The notes beneath the pieces were generated by a model. That model saw only the letters and a list, made by a program, of their open reading frames with translations, was not told the DNA's origin and searched no databases. From the NCBI GenBank assembly GCA_002269645.1, contig NIVC01000636.1, forward strand, positions 62,001-126,000: 64,000 nt of DNA. Direction: 5' to 3'. The position numbers and the translations under genes are program-made. This document shows positions 12,965-25,081 of the stretch, piece by piece (the first letter of the stretch is position 1; each line of letters opens with the position of its first letter). Source of the DNA: Macrostomum lignano (Eukaryota).

Positions 12965-13426
12965 GGTCAGCAGATCAAAGGGGTCACCAAACCAGAGGAA
13001 GGTCAGCAAATCAGAAGGGGGGGGTCAGCAAACCAGAGGAAGGTCAGCAAATCAGAGGAGGTCAGCAAATCAGAAGGGGTCAGCAAACTAGAGGGAGGTC
13101 AGCAAATCAGAGGCGGTCAGCAAATCAAGGGGGGTCAATAAACCAAAGGGGGTCACCAAACCAGAGGAAGGTCAGCAAATCAGAACCGGGTCAGCAAATC
13201 AGAACCGGGTCAGCAAATCAGAACCGGGTCAGCAAATCAGAACCGGGTCAGCAAATCAGAACCGGGTCAGCAAACCAGAGGGGGATCAGCAAACCAGAGG
13301 GGGTCAGCAAACCAGAGGGGGTCAGCAAACCAGAGGGGGTCAGCAAACCAGAGGGGGTCAGCAAACCAGAGGGGGTCAGCAAACCAGAGGGGGTCAGCAA
13401 ACCAGAGGGGGTCAGCAAACTAGAGG
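12965..13426. repeat. 18-bp minisatellite (GGTCAGCAAACCAGAGGG)n abutting the BTB-gene stop codon
   Basis: Visible array; its terminal unit contains the TAG stop on the minus strand. Confidence 0.9.
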
Positions 13427-16400
13427 ACCCGGGACTGCGGGTTTCCACTTGCGGACTCGTCAGGCATTGGCCAGGTGTGGCACAGCAGGGCGCACAGGAA
13501 GCTGGCGTAGGGCTGGCAGACGGGCTGGCGCAGCTGCAGCCGGACGGCCTTGTTGCCAGGCTCGGTCAGCGGCGAGTCGGCCAGGTGCTTAGGCAGGTAG
13601 CCGGACGAGCCCAATTGAAGGCGGTACCAGCGGCCGGGCCGGAGTAGGACGGGCTTGGGTAAGTTGATGGTGTAGTAGGGCACCAGCTGCTCGGGCTTGT
13701 ATGAGGCTTCGGTGCAGACGAACTTGGGCAGCGGGAGGTCCTCCACATCGTCGCAGGCGGTCACAGAGATGGAGACGAACGGCGGCTGGGCGGGCGGGCA
13801 GAGCGGCCGGAAAATCTCGCAGCCGCAGAGGACCAGGCGGCGGAGGGAGCGGAACTCGATGCAGCCCGACAGGGGCACCGCGCGCGGCACCGGCTGCTCC
13901 GGCCGCCACAGGCTTGTGGAGTCGTATATGGTGACGGGCTCCACCTTCTGCGGGATGGCGGCAGATGGCGGGCTGCGGCGAGACTGCGTGGCTGGCTGGG
14001 GGACCTCAGCGCCTCTGTCCCAGGCCCCTCTTTAGACCCCAGTCTCAGACCGGTCTCAGACCCAGAGCCCAGTCTCAGACCCCAGACCCCAGTCAGTCTC
14101 AGACCCAGAGCCCAGTCTCAGACCCTCAGACCCCAGTCTCAGACCCAGACCGGTTTCCTAGGGCTCCAACAGACCACAGTCTCTTCTAGACCCTGTGACT
14201 CCCAGACCTCCCTTTCTCCCCAGTCTACCCAGAAACAAGTTCCAGACCCCAGTTTACCCATACCGTAGTCTACCTAGACCCCAGTCTCCCCAGACCCCAG
14301 TCTCCCCAGACCCCAGTCTCCCCATACCGCAGTCTCCCCAGACCCCAGTCTCCCCAGACCCAGTCTACCCATACCGCAGTCTCCCTAGACCCCAGTCTAC
14401 CCATACCGCAGTCTCCCCAGACCCCAGTCTCCCCAGACCCCAGTCTCCCCATACCGCAGTCTCCCCAGACCCCAGTCTCCCCAGACCCAGTCTACCCATA
14501 CCGCAGTCTCCCTAGACCCCAGACTCCCCAGACCCCAGACTCCCCAGACCCCAGACTCCCCAGACCCCAGTCTCCCCATACCGCAGTCTCCCCAGACCCA
14601 GTCTACCCATACCGCAGTCTCCCCAGACCCCAGTCTACCCATACCGCAGTCTCCCCAGACACAGTCTACCCATACCGCAGTCTCCCCAGACCCCAGTCTA
14701 CCCATACCGCAGTCTCCCCAGACCCAGTCTACCCATACCGCAGTCTCCCCAGACCCCAGTCTCCCCAGACCCCAGTCTCCCCAGACCCAGTCTACCCATA
14801 CCGCAGTCTCCCCAGACCCAGTCTACCCATACCGCAGTCTCCCCAGACCCAGTCTACCCATACCGCAGTTTCCCCAGACCCAGTCTACCCATACCGCAGT
14901 CTCCCCAGACCCAGTCTACCCATACCGCAGTCTCCCCAGACCCAGTCTACCCATACCGCAGTCTCCCCAGACCCAGTCTACCCATACCGCAGTCTCCCCA
15001 GACCCAGTCTACCCATACCGCAGTTTCCCCAGACCCAGTCTACCCATACCGCAGTCTCCCCAGACCCAGTCTACCCATACCGCAGTCTCCCCAGACCCAG
15101 TCTACCCATACCGCAGTCTCCCCAGACCCAGTCTACCCATACCGCAGTCTCCCCAGACCCAGTCTACCCATACCGCAGTCTCCCCAGACCCAGTCTACCC
15201 ATACCGCAGTCTCCCCAGACACAGTCTACCCATACCGCAGTCTCCCCAGACCCCAGTCTCTCCCAGAAGTGACAGCAGCAGCGGCAGCACCAACCAGCGA
15301 GTCGGGATTGATGCGGCGAGGCCACTCGCGACAGCTGTCATCTCTCTGCGCGCGGCGGGTGAAGGCTTCCAGAAGCTGCTGATCGCTGAGCAGTCCGCTG
15401 GGCGCGGCCAGGTCGGTCAGCTGCCGCCGGGTCATGTAGGAAAACCGGACGCAGGTCAGGAGCTCGGCGCGGCTGCCGGAAGCCTGCGGCAGAAAATGAA
15501 TTCAGTCACAGTTTTGCTGTTTACAGACAAGTCCAGGATATTCACTGAGTCCCGCCCCGCTCACCTCCAGCGCCTGAAGCCGCGCCGCCGGCTGCTTTGA
15601 CTGGAGTCCCTGGCGCAAGCACTCGGCGTCCACCCAGTCGATGAGGCAGCTGAGAACCTCCGCCTCCGTGCAGGGCAGATAGTCCTGCAATGGGATTTGA
15701 TTGGATTAGGAATCGAGATGGGGATTTATCTCTCATTTGCAGGAAATCAATAATTAAGAGTACATCTGGACCTCGGTGACAGACACAGGCGCTAAACATT
15801 GTGGCACCTGTGCAATAATAAGCCTGAGTGCGGTCTACAGGCTGTCATGTACATTTAAGAGTGACAGGAGCGGACAAGCGGAAATCTGTCATTTCAACTT
15901 CTGGTGCGGGCTCAGCGGCTAACGTACAGCGGCCCTGACTTTCTAATTGTCAGGCATGTTCAGTGCACACTGCTTGACTGTTAAATTCAGAATTCATCTA
16001 AGAGGCTCTCACAGAGGACAGCAGTTCCACTACAGCCTCGGCGGAGCACTGTGGCAAACGGGGCGCCAGGAGGTCCCAGCACCTGCTGGCCCTGTCCAGG
16101 CACTCGCGCACAACATCCTGCGCGTCAAGGTACAGGCAGTTCTGCAGGATGTCCGGCAGGTTGTCAGACGAGATGGAGCCGACAAGGAAGCGGGAGCAGG
16201 CCTCGACCAGGCCCTGCAGCAGGTACTTCTTGGCCGCGTACAGCGTTTCAAACACACAGCTCTCGTTGATGCCGGACACCGAGTCGGAGTAGGCATAGTC
16301 CAGCAGGTTCTGGAAGGCCTCGGTGCCGATGTCCTTCAGCTCGAAGCTGTCCTGGTTGGCTGACAGGTCGCTGCGGAACATGGCGGCAAACACGGGGCTG

Positions 16401-16528
16401 GCGGCGGCCAGGATCACCCGGTGGGCGGCGAACTCCTGCCGCTTGTCCGACACCAGGAAGCGGACGTCCGCGAAGTCCTGCTGGCGCAGCGAGACCAGCA
16501 GGCGCTGGTTCAGCGGCGAGGTGGGCAT
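13420..16528 (-). CDS. BTB/POZ-BACK protein with a PHR-like C-terminal domain (BTBD1/2/3/6-like); exons 16528-16013, 15684-15565, 15483-15295, 13947-13420; about 450 aa
   Basis: BTB motif FADVRFLV...FAAHRVILAAASPVFAAMF...AFQNLLDYAYSD...LYAAKKYLL; BACK motifs TEAEVLSCLIDWV and ELLTCVRFSYMT. All junctions are phase 0. The donor at 15294 (GTTGGT) is the least certain. Confidence 0.82.
14035..15262. repeat. Intronic minisatellite with a unit of about 31 bp (CCCCAGACCCAGTCTACCCATACCGCAGTCT)
   Basis: Visible array filling the last intron of the BTB gene. Confidence 0.93.
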
Positions 16529-19443
16529 GACGGCTGCCAGCCACCTGGCGTGCTTGCTGACAAGCTGCAAATTGGGATTCCGGGTTTTCAGTGTGAATTT
16601 GTGAGCGGCGCGAGACACTTGCACTGTTGCTCACAAAATGCATTGCGAAATACTCATAAGTAGCGCTAAAAAGTATTGTTGCCATTTGAAATTCGCATTC
16701 ACTTGACTGCTGATATTGGTATGAGGAAACGAAGGGGCAAAAGGCCTATAGGCCTATAGCAACAAGCCAATTCATAGTTGGCTTAAAAACAGACCAACAG
16801 GACTATAGGAGATCTGATTTTTAAACCAAAGGGAATGAATGAAAATGCCATGGTCGATGTATATTGATTCAAGCTAGTTTTCACAAGTTGAGCATGCACA
16901 CAGAGTAAAAAATTAAAAGCTATATGCATTATAACTTTAGAAAATCTGCAGCATTTGCAAGCAAAACTTTCTAGACCACCCCAGTCTCCATTGACAAAAT
17001 TTTTTAGACTTTTTATGCAACAAAAATAGTCTAAAGGTGGCACACAGATGGTGCATAGGCAGCACATAAATTGTCCTCTAAAATTATTCTAGTGTACACT
17101 ATACCACCTTCTTGCCTATACTATAGGTCTTGTCTTTGATTTTTTCAGGTTTCTGCCTAACAGGAGGCAATGCCCTCAGCCATACCCCCTCTCCTAGTTA
17201 CACCACTGATAGTGCTGCAAGGCTCTTGCTCTATCCTATCAAAGTATAGGATTGTCAATACTTTATTTTTAGGTCAATAAAGATCAAATAATTAGGGCCT
17301 AGGAAAAATTAAGTCAAACAATAAGTACTTCCTTTCTCGAAACAAGTTTTATAATAAAAAAGAGCTTATGATATATTTAAAAATTAGTTAATGATTAGCG
17401 TTTATGATTGTAATAATATTATTTATTTATTAGTTAATACTCACTATTTAGGCTTAGACCTAGTACTAGTAGATGAATAGGCCTAGTCTATTGGCTATTA
17501 AACCAAGGTAGACAAATAGTCCTAGATCCTAATCTGTCAACCACTGCATATACCTTGTTGACCCAAATGACCAAAACCTATACAATTACAAATTATAAGC
17601 ACAATTAAAAATATGCCTATATGTTATATATCACACCATACGAAGGCCAAGTTCAAAAACATATCTAGGCCTAGCAAATAGCAATGGCTTCTTCAATTTG
17701 CGCCTGAACAAGTGCCTTTTATGCTATCTCTACCTAGAGTTTTTTGGCAACTTCCACTACCAGGGTGTCCACTAATAATAATATGGTTCAAGGAGGTCTT
17801 TGAAGTATAGACTTTTGACTGCTATAGACTAACTTGTTTTAATCTAGTTTGTAATTTTTTGTATTGTAAAATTTATTGTAAGAAACTTTATATGGGATTA
17901 TACCAATTTTGAATTGTCAGTTCATTGGGAAAATTACAAAACATTAAATTATAAACATAACAAATAACAAATGACTTGATGGCATTGTGACAGTTGGAAT
18001 AGGCCTTATACCATTTGACAAAAAGCCTGCTTAGAAAAAAACTATTGGCATAAAGCAAATCAAGTCTACAAGGCTAATAGCACCAATCAGCAAGAGTCAG
18101 TCAAGTCTCATTATGGCATTTCAACATGCTGTTGTTATACAAAATGCATAAGTAATTTTCAGTTTTTAATAAGGCAGTGCTTATTATCATAGTACTGTAA
18201 GAATAGTGGCCAAATTATCCAAATGGTACCGTGAGAAAAACTTTCAACTTATTGGCATAGTACACTACAATGATAGGCCTTATATTATACTTGTAGCATG
18301 TTTGTGTCACACATAATTTACTTTAGATTTTTTTTTGAAACATTTTTTACATATAATTCTACTTTTTCTTTTGTATTTTGCAACTTTCCATCAAAAAGTT
18401 TCTATATGTTTGTTAATCACTGGCTCTGCAGTAACTTAATTAAATAGCACTTGTGGTAGTAATATTACTATTACAGGGATTAGGATGCACTTTTTGAAGA
18501 AATCATTTATTGTAAGTCTGTCCTATGAACTACTATTTAATTTTATATTAGCCCCTATACTATATTTTTAAGTATCTATATAAGTGACAGCCAAAGATAC
18601 ATTTTATAACTTGTTTTAGTCTAGATCCTAGGCCTAGCTAAACTAAAAAAGAGATCAGTTTCTATGCTTATCCTCATACTATGTCTGATTCCTAGTCTGA
18701 TGAAGTTCAAAATGATCCTGATCTTCTTTAAAAACAAGTATCATTTTTCTATATAGGTCGAAAATTTGAATCATTTACTAGCCTAAAGATACTATTAGAG
18801 AATTTGGAACAAAATGTCTTATTCATCTCAAAATAAGAGTCTTACACAATTGCTAATGTATTAATGTATATGTTGGTGATGGTGGTGTTCCCACTGTTCA
18901 ACCTGCAACGCCAGGGTTTGGTCCTAGGTGCCCTCCGTAGGCTGTGGGATTCGTGCTCTGACTGAGGCTGCGTCTTCCTAGGGACTTTGGGGCTAGGGGC
19001 TTTGCAGTGCAGACCCAGGGACGGTGGAGCGGAGGTGGACCGGCCTTGACAGGTGCTGACGGAGCGACACGGCTGCGCAGCAACGGCAAGACTCGACGAC
19101 CAGGCGACTAGAGCAACCGGAGTCAGTTGCAACAGGGAGACCCAAGGCACCAGAGCGACGGCCGTACTTGGTGGAATTCAGGAATGCAGTGCCAGTGTTA
19201 CTTGTGAGGGTTTAATGTTTGACTATTTCTTTTTTCGTCTGGTTTTTTTGTTGAGATTTTTGGGTTTTCTTAAATTTAAGTTTTTGCTTTGCTTCCCAAC
19301 AATGCGTACTCACTATCCTATAATTGAGCATTTTCTAAGTCATTTTTATACGGTATAATCACTGCGGTTTTGTTTTCTTGTTCCTCTGTTCAATTTTTTG
19401 ACATAGTAGTATCATTTGAATTTTCAAACTCGAACTTTAGTCT

Positions 19444-20349
19444 AGGGGGAGGGAGTGTCATGAATGTGTTATTATGACTGTGTGTACTTTGCTACTTTGC
19501 TACGCCGGGCCAGTCGGCCGTCCTCTCCCCCCTCCTTAGATATTTTCTGACTCACCCACCTGCACTTCTGCGCGTGCATACCCCCCCTCCACGCCTAGGC
19601 CTTTTCCATTTAGTCAAACCCCCCTTGCTCTGTGTGCGCCCCGTGCGAACCCACCCCATTCTTTTGTTAGCTTTGCTGCCCTGCCCCTGTTTGTGATTGG
19701 CTGCCAGTCCCAGTCTGCCGTGCTGCGCCCTGGTGATTGGCTGGTATGGCTCATGTTTTTCCTATGCTGATGTCTAAGTCCCCTTTTCTGCCTTTATCCC
19801 GCGCCCTCAACCCCTAGTTTGCTGCCTATTTATTCAGACCCCCTTGAGACCCCATTCTTGTTGTCTTCGTGGCTCCCCAGTGATTGTGCCAGCGTTAATT
19901 GCGATACAAATACAATTAAAAGAATATTGATCAATACTATCACTGCTCTGACGGCGCTGTGTCTTGTTGTCTGACCAAAATCGCGGCTGGTAAGCCTTCC
20001 AATTTGCAAATCATTTGGGTCTGCCTTTGTACTAGGCACTTTAGGGGGATTAAGTGCGTTGTACGCCGGTCCCACCCCAAGCAGCTCTGCATTCTATGCA
20101 AGTCTGTAGGCTGTCGTGCGTTGTACGCTCGAGCAGCCTAGTCCCAACGGACACCGCGTCGTACGCGTGTCGGTAGAGGACCGCAGCCAGGGTCAGTATG
20201 CGAACCCGGGTCTGGGAAAGGGGCACAAAAGGACCGAGCCCTTGAGCCCCATCACCACAAATTGGCATCCTTGGTGGGACAATCAATATGCGAACCCGGG
20301 TCTGGGAAAGGGGCACGAAAGGACCGAGCCCTTGAGCCCCATCACCACA
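19444..20349 (+). mobile_element. LTR remnant: polypurine tract, LTR start, and a duplicated LTR-end-like segment
   Basis: AGGGGGAGGGAG (19444-19455) is directly followed by TGTCATG. A segment of about 63 bp ending CATCACCACA occurs twice (about 20198-20260 and 20288-20349), separated by PBS-like TGGCATCCTTGGTGGGA. Confidence 0.55.
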
Positions 20350-20773
20350 CTAAATCCCAATGCCACTTGCCAAAAGATTTATTTAACCCTCTATTGAAGT
20401 ATTATGAAATTGTTTATATATGCCACAATAGTGGAACCCATATTTCTAAATCAACTAGTGCTTGTGCAAATCAAAGTAGGTCTTAGTAGTACTTAATAAA
20501 AAAAATTTATTAGACTTTTGATCAATTTAATCAAAACAATTGAATATTAATAGATCAGACCTTCTATGCTTGGGTGCAACCTAGGGATTCACCTGGCCAT
20601 TTCTATTGGCAACACACAGGTAAGACACTATTGGACAGAATAGTAATCACATTACTACCCTCCACCAATAGAGACTTATATGTGTGTGTGTTGCCAATAG
20701 AAATGGTTGGGTGATTTCCAAGGTTGCATATGTATGAGACCCTCCTAATGATAACATTATTGTTGTATGATAA

Positions 20774-21823
20774 TGTAGTGAGTCGGTAGTTTAGTTAGGC
20801 GCCGCACTAGTCAGCTGTTGCCCTCGCCTTCTCCCCAGGTTTCTGTCTGCCGCTGGGCAGTTGCCTGTCCCTCCCGCCTGTCCCCTGGCCTGTCCTCTGC
20901 CCGTTTGTCTGTCTGTCCTCGTTTGCCCCCTTTTGTCTCGTTTTCCCTTTTTGCAGTGCCCAGACAGCTTGGTCTGGCCTGCCTCTGTTTCGTTCTCTGT
21001 CAGGCATCTCCAAATTTAGAGTGCCTTTCTGTTTTCCGGTCCCACGGTCACGAGTGCCTTCACTTGTGGGCCTTTTCTCTTTGTCATGTGAGTCAGTCAC
21101 ATGACAAGGCCCTCTTCCTTCTTTAGTCCAAAGTGCAATGATCTCATCATTGTACGCTGGGCTCGTGTTTATGGGGAGATCACGTGCGCCCGGGCCCCCC
21201 CTTGCCTCCTCTGAGGCAGGGCCCGCTTGTTTGTTGCTAAAAATAGCAACAGAGTAGTCACTTATGACGCTCAGCGGGGGCCTTTCGTGCTATGGTGCAA
21301 TCGATCCTCCCTATAAATGCGGCCCCTCTCATGGCTTGGCTCAGACAAGCGTGCCTTCCGTTTCAGCCTTTCGTTTCTGCGTTTTCCGCGTTCCGTTTTC
21401 GTTTCTAGCGGACACTAAGTTGTGTGCCAAGTTTGCGCTTAAGTTGAACTCCAAGACTCCCGACTTTGCGCGTGACTGCCTCTGATTGTTCCTGCTATCA
21501 ACTAGCAGGCCCGCTCAGATCGCCCGAAGCTAGCACTTTCGCTCTCACCCCGCACTAGCCCGGCAGGGACTGCTGACGGTGGGCACCTCTGCGCGAGAAC
21601 TGCTAAATCTGCACGAAGTGCGAGTCTCTTTCTCTCGTCTTAGTTATTTGCTTCTACGAGCTCAGCACCTCACCGAAGGCTGCGACTCTGCGAAGCTGGT
21701 GGCAGCACTACCGACGCTACGAGATCAACTCGAGGACTTCCCGGAGAGCTCTAGGTAGGCAGCTCACGTGACTGATTGGGAAGCAGCAAGACACAAACAC
21801 TACATTGGTGGCAGCGGTGGGAT
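20774..21823 (+). mobile_element. LTR (1031 bp) plus tRNA-Leu primer-binding site of a truncated LTR retrotransposon
   Basis: Termini TGTAGTG (20774) and CACTACA (21804) form a perfect 7-bp inverted repeat. They are followed by TGGTGGCAGCGGTGGGAT (21806-21823), complementary to the conserved tRNA-Leu 3' end. No gag-pol or second LTR is seen downstream. Confidence 0.8.
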
Positions 21824-23582
21824 CGGCACAAAGACCTGCCAGGCCACCTCTAGACGCTATCGAGGAAAGTACAAGCAACAATTTCAATAATATATCTATA
21901 TTTATTTATTATTATATTTATTATTATTTACTATTTATTATTTATTATTATATAATTATTAATGTGTACTGCATGCGCCCTTCTCAGTTGGCAGGGCGCA
22001 TTGCACTTTGGGGCTGATTGGGGGGGGGGGTTGGCGGGCATGGCAGGGTCTGGCCGCCAGCTGGGCTTTGAGCGTGCCCCTCCCTAGCCGTGCCCCTGCC
22101 CCATGCTCAGGGCTGGTTGGCTGCGGCTGGGCCAGCTTTGGCGAGACTTGACTTGGGTAAGAAACAGCGACATTAGCTACCTACGATAACAGAAACCCGA
22201 GAGCTCAATTGAGAAGTCAGTCTTTGAAAAGAGTCTGAGAATTGAGAAGAAATTAGAATCTGGCTTGAGACCTCAGAGCCAATCAACAAATGTGCAAACC
22301 TGCGCTTGGGACCTACGAGCAATAAACGTACGAACAGCAATTTGGCCACTGGTAAGCCACCTGCTGCTTGATTTTGTTCTTTTCTGGGAGCTTGTTAGGC
22401 TGAGTTCTTGCCAGAGCGTCATAACGCCGGGAGATCATATAGCTTTTTGTAGTACTGTACCATCTAGTGTGTAGTGTGTACATACTATATAGTGTGTACA
22501 ACCTACAGTATTGAGACTAGAAGCACTCGAGAGTGTCACCACACCCCGAGTCGCAGCGTGAACTCTGAGTGTCACAACACCAGAGGGATCGAACTATTAT
22601 CGCAGAGCATCATCACGCCTGCTCGTATCCATAAAAGTACAGACAGAGCGTCACTACGCCTGTATCTTATGTATAATATATATTGTACTCGGGACTAGGC
22701 ACCCAAACCAATCTGGGTTACAACAAATGTGTTTATTATTATTTATTGGTATAGGGCATATAAATAAAATTGTTAAATGTAATATAATAGACGTATAATT
22801 TTTTATATAGCTTAAGAGATAGGCCTAATAAATGTTTATATTAATATTACATTAGTCAACTTTATTTACTTTATTTGTTTATCACATATACAGTATAGAA
22901 TGTATGTTCACAATAAAGCTAAGAGCTTTATGGCCCCTTGAATAGTAGACTTGCAATTTGTAATAAGCCTATTGATCTTGACTTTAACATTTACCTACCT
23001 GTCTAATAGATGAGTAATGAAATAAAGAGGATATAAAGTTGGCCTTGAAATGCAATGTATGTGAATGAAATAAGCCTTTTATCAATCCTTGCATTGTTAT
23101 AATTTTGTTTTTGTTATTTAACACAGAAGATAACATAGTTGCAGATGGGTGCAATAGCAAATAGGCCCAATTATAACAATTCATTTGGCAAAATTCATAG
23201 ATAAATTTTGTACCAATTTAAATTGAATCAAATATTCAAAAAGCAATGTTTTTAAGGAAGGAAATTGTAAGCATCTTTACTCATTCAAATGACTTGTTTT
23301 GTCTAATATTAGGTATCTTCAGGTTGTTGTTGTTGGATATTTACTTTACATTTTGTCAAAAATGTATAGTATAAATACATTGTAGTAGCATAAATCAAAG
23401 AGACAATTCCATAATAAATAAACAAGAGGATAGAGACCCTGGTCAAAGGTGAGACTGACAATGAGTAAGTGAGAGAAAAAAGAGAAAAACAAGACTGAGC
23501 ATACATGCACAACTTCCAAAATTTGTTTGGCTGTACAACTTAGTTTTAACAAAAATGCAACATAGTTTTTGGCCAAAAATGT

Positions 23583-23685
23583 GACTTACATGTAAAAGAA
23601 ACCCTAAAGCAAAATTAACTCAACTTTGGGTAAATGGCGAGAGTAATTATGACTGCCTTATTAAGGCAAAATGCCTCATTATCTA
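23583..23685 (+). repeat. Second, more degenerate copy of the 28S-like repeat segment
   Basis: Shares the leader GACTTAC..GT.AAAGAAACCCTAAAGCAAAATTA and GGGTAAA.GGC..GAGTAA.TATGACTG.CTTAT.AAG.C.AAATGCCTC with 25146-25240. Confidence 0.7.
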
Positions 23686-24449
23686 CTTTGTACTACTTTT
23701 GCCTAGTAAAAAGCTGCTTTTGCCTAGTAAAGAGATTGTCAGCTAGCTTGTATCTGTTTTGGGCCACCAGCTGAGTGTTTTAATAAAAAACTAGGCCTAC
23801 TTTAAATGGCCTATGAAACTCTAGTAACACCCTAGCAATAAATATAATTTAAATAATAGTACTTCAGAGGGTGTTTTAAAACCTCTTCATGCTTCTCTTG
23901 TCACTTTAGGAGGCCTTTGCTCATTTGCCTTAACAAAGACAGTCGTCACACAAGGAGAAAAAGGACATTGAACACATGTTGAGGCTTGGTTGCAACAAAA
24001 AACTTCTGCAAGCACATTTGTTGCAGCAGGGCAAAACTGTGATTTTGTAGGATCATCACAACCTTTCTTTGAAGTTGAAGCAGTTCAGTTGACGTGAGGA
24101 CAGCAATGAAGTTGAGGAAGTTGTTAAACTGTTAAAAAAGTTAGCTAGGTGCTAATGTCAGTGTCTTTTCTTCCAATGTTGATGATGGTCATGTTGTTGA
24201 AGCAATCTTATTTCAAAATGGTTCAATAAACCTTATGTTTGATCATTTTTCTAAAGCCTTGTTTGTAGATGCCATGTACAAACTGAATAAATTGTGAATG
24301 CTTATCTGTTTAATTGTTGTAGAAGATGTGAATAGAGAGCAAGATTGTAGCTATTTGGATTGTTAAGAATGAAAACAAGGCAAACTTTGAGGCCCCTTTG
24401 TGAAGTAATTCAAAGCAAGAAACCCTTCATTGGTGCACACAGAATAGTC

Positions 24450-24974
24450 GGTAACAGTCCACTTCAGTAACAGCCATTTTGGTAATAACCATTTTGGTAA
24501 CAAGTGAGTAATATAATATGCATTAATTGATATGCTCCAAAAGAATGTGCAAACAAACTTTAAAGATAGAATGATGAAACACATGCGTAGCTACATATGC
24601 TTAACTTGTTTTAAAGTGTTTTAACTGATCTATTTTAATTTCTGGATGAGTCAGATTACATGCACCCAAGACATCCTATAATTGACCAAATTTTGTGTAC
24701 TGTGTACATTGGAATCTCTGATATAGTTAGCAAATAGTGACTTAAATTACAGAATTACTGACTTTTTTCAGTAATTATTTAATTTTTTTCCATGTATGTA
24801 TGGGAGCTTGCTTTGCTTAATTTTTTTGCCTTTAAATTTTTCACAAAGTTACTGCACAAGTTTAAACAAAGTATAATACAGTTTAACTAGAAAGTTTAAC
24901 AAAATATGCAATAAGATATTTGAGATGTTAATTGGCTATTACTGAAATGGCTGTTACCAAAGTAGATTGTATTT
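24450..24974. mobile_element. MITE, 525 bp, imperfect TIRs of about 41 bp, 8-bp TSD GAATAGTC
   Basis: GAATAGTC at 24442-24449 and 24975-24982. Left end GGTAACAGTCCACTTCAGTAACAGCCATTTTGG aligns without gaps to the reverse complement of the right end. The transposase reading resumes when the insert is removed. Confidence 0.8.
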
Positions 24975-25081
24975 GAATAGTCATTTTAGACAAGGACTAT
25001 ATTGAGCAGGACATTTTCTGCAATGAAATGAACAATTTGATGCTTGAAATCTGTCTCTTTCATGTTATGTAGACTTTTCAG

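Noticed and set aside
17194-17208. hAT-like terminal sequence (CAGTGGTGTAACTAG on the minus strand)
   Set aside because: No matching opposite end or TSD found.
22448-22725. Possible short solo LTR (TGTAGTA...TACAACA)
   Set aside because: Termini are imperfect, and no TSD, PBS or PPT was found.
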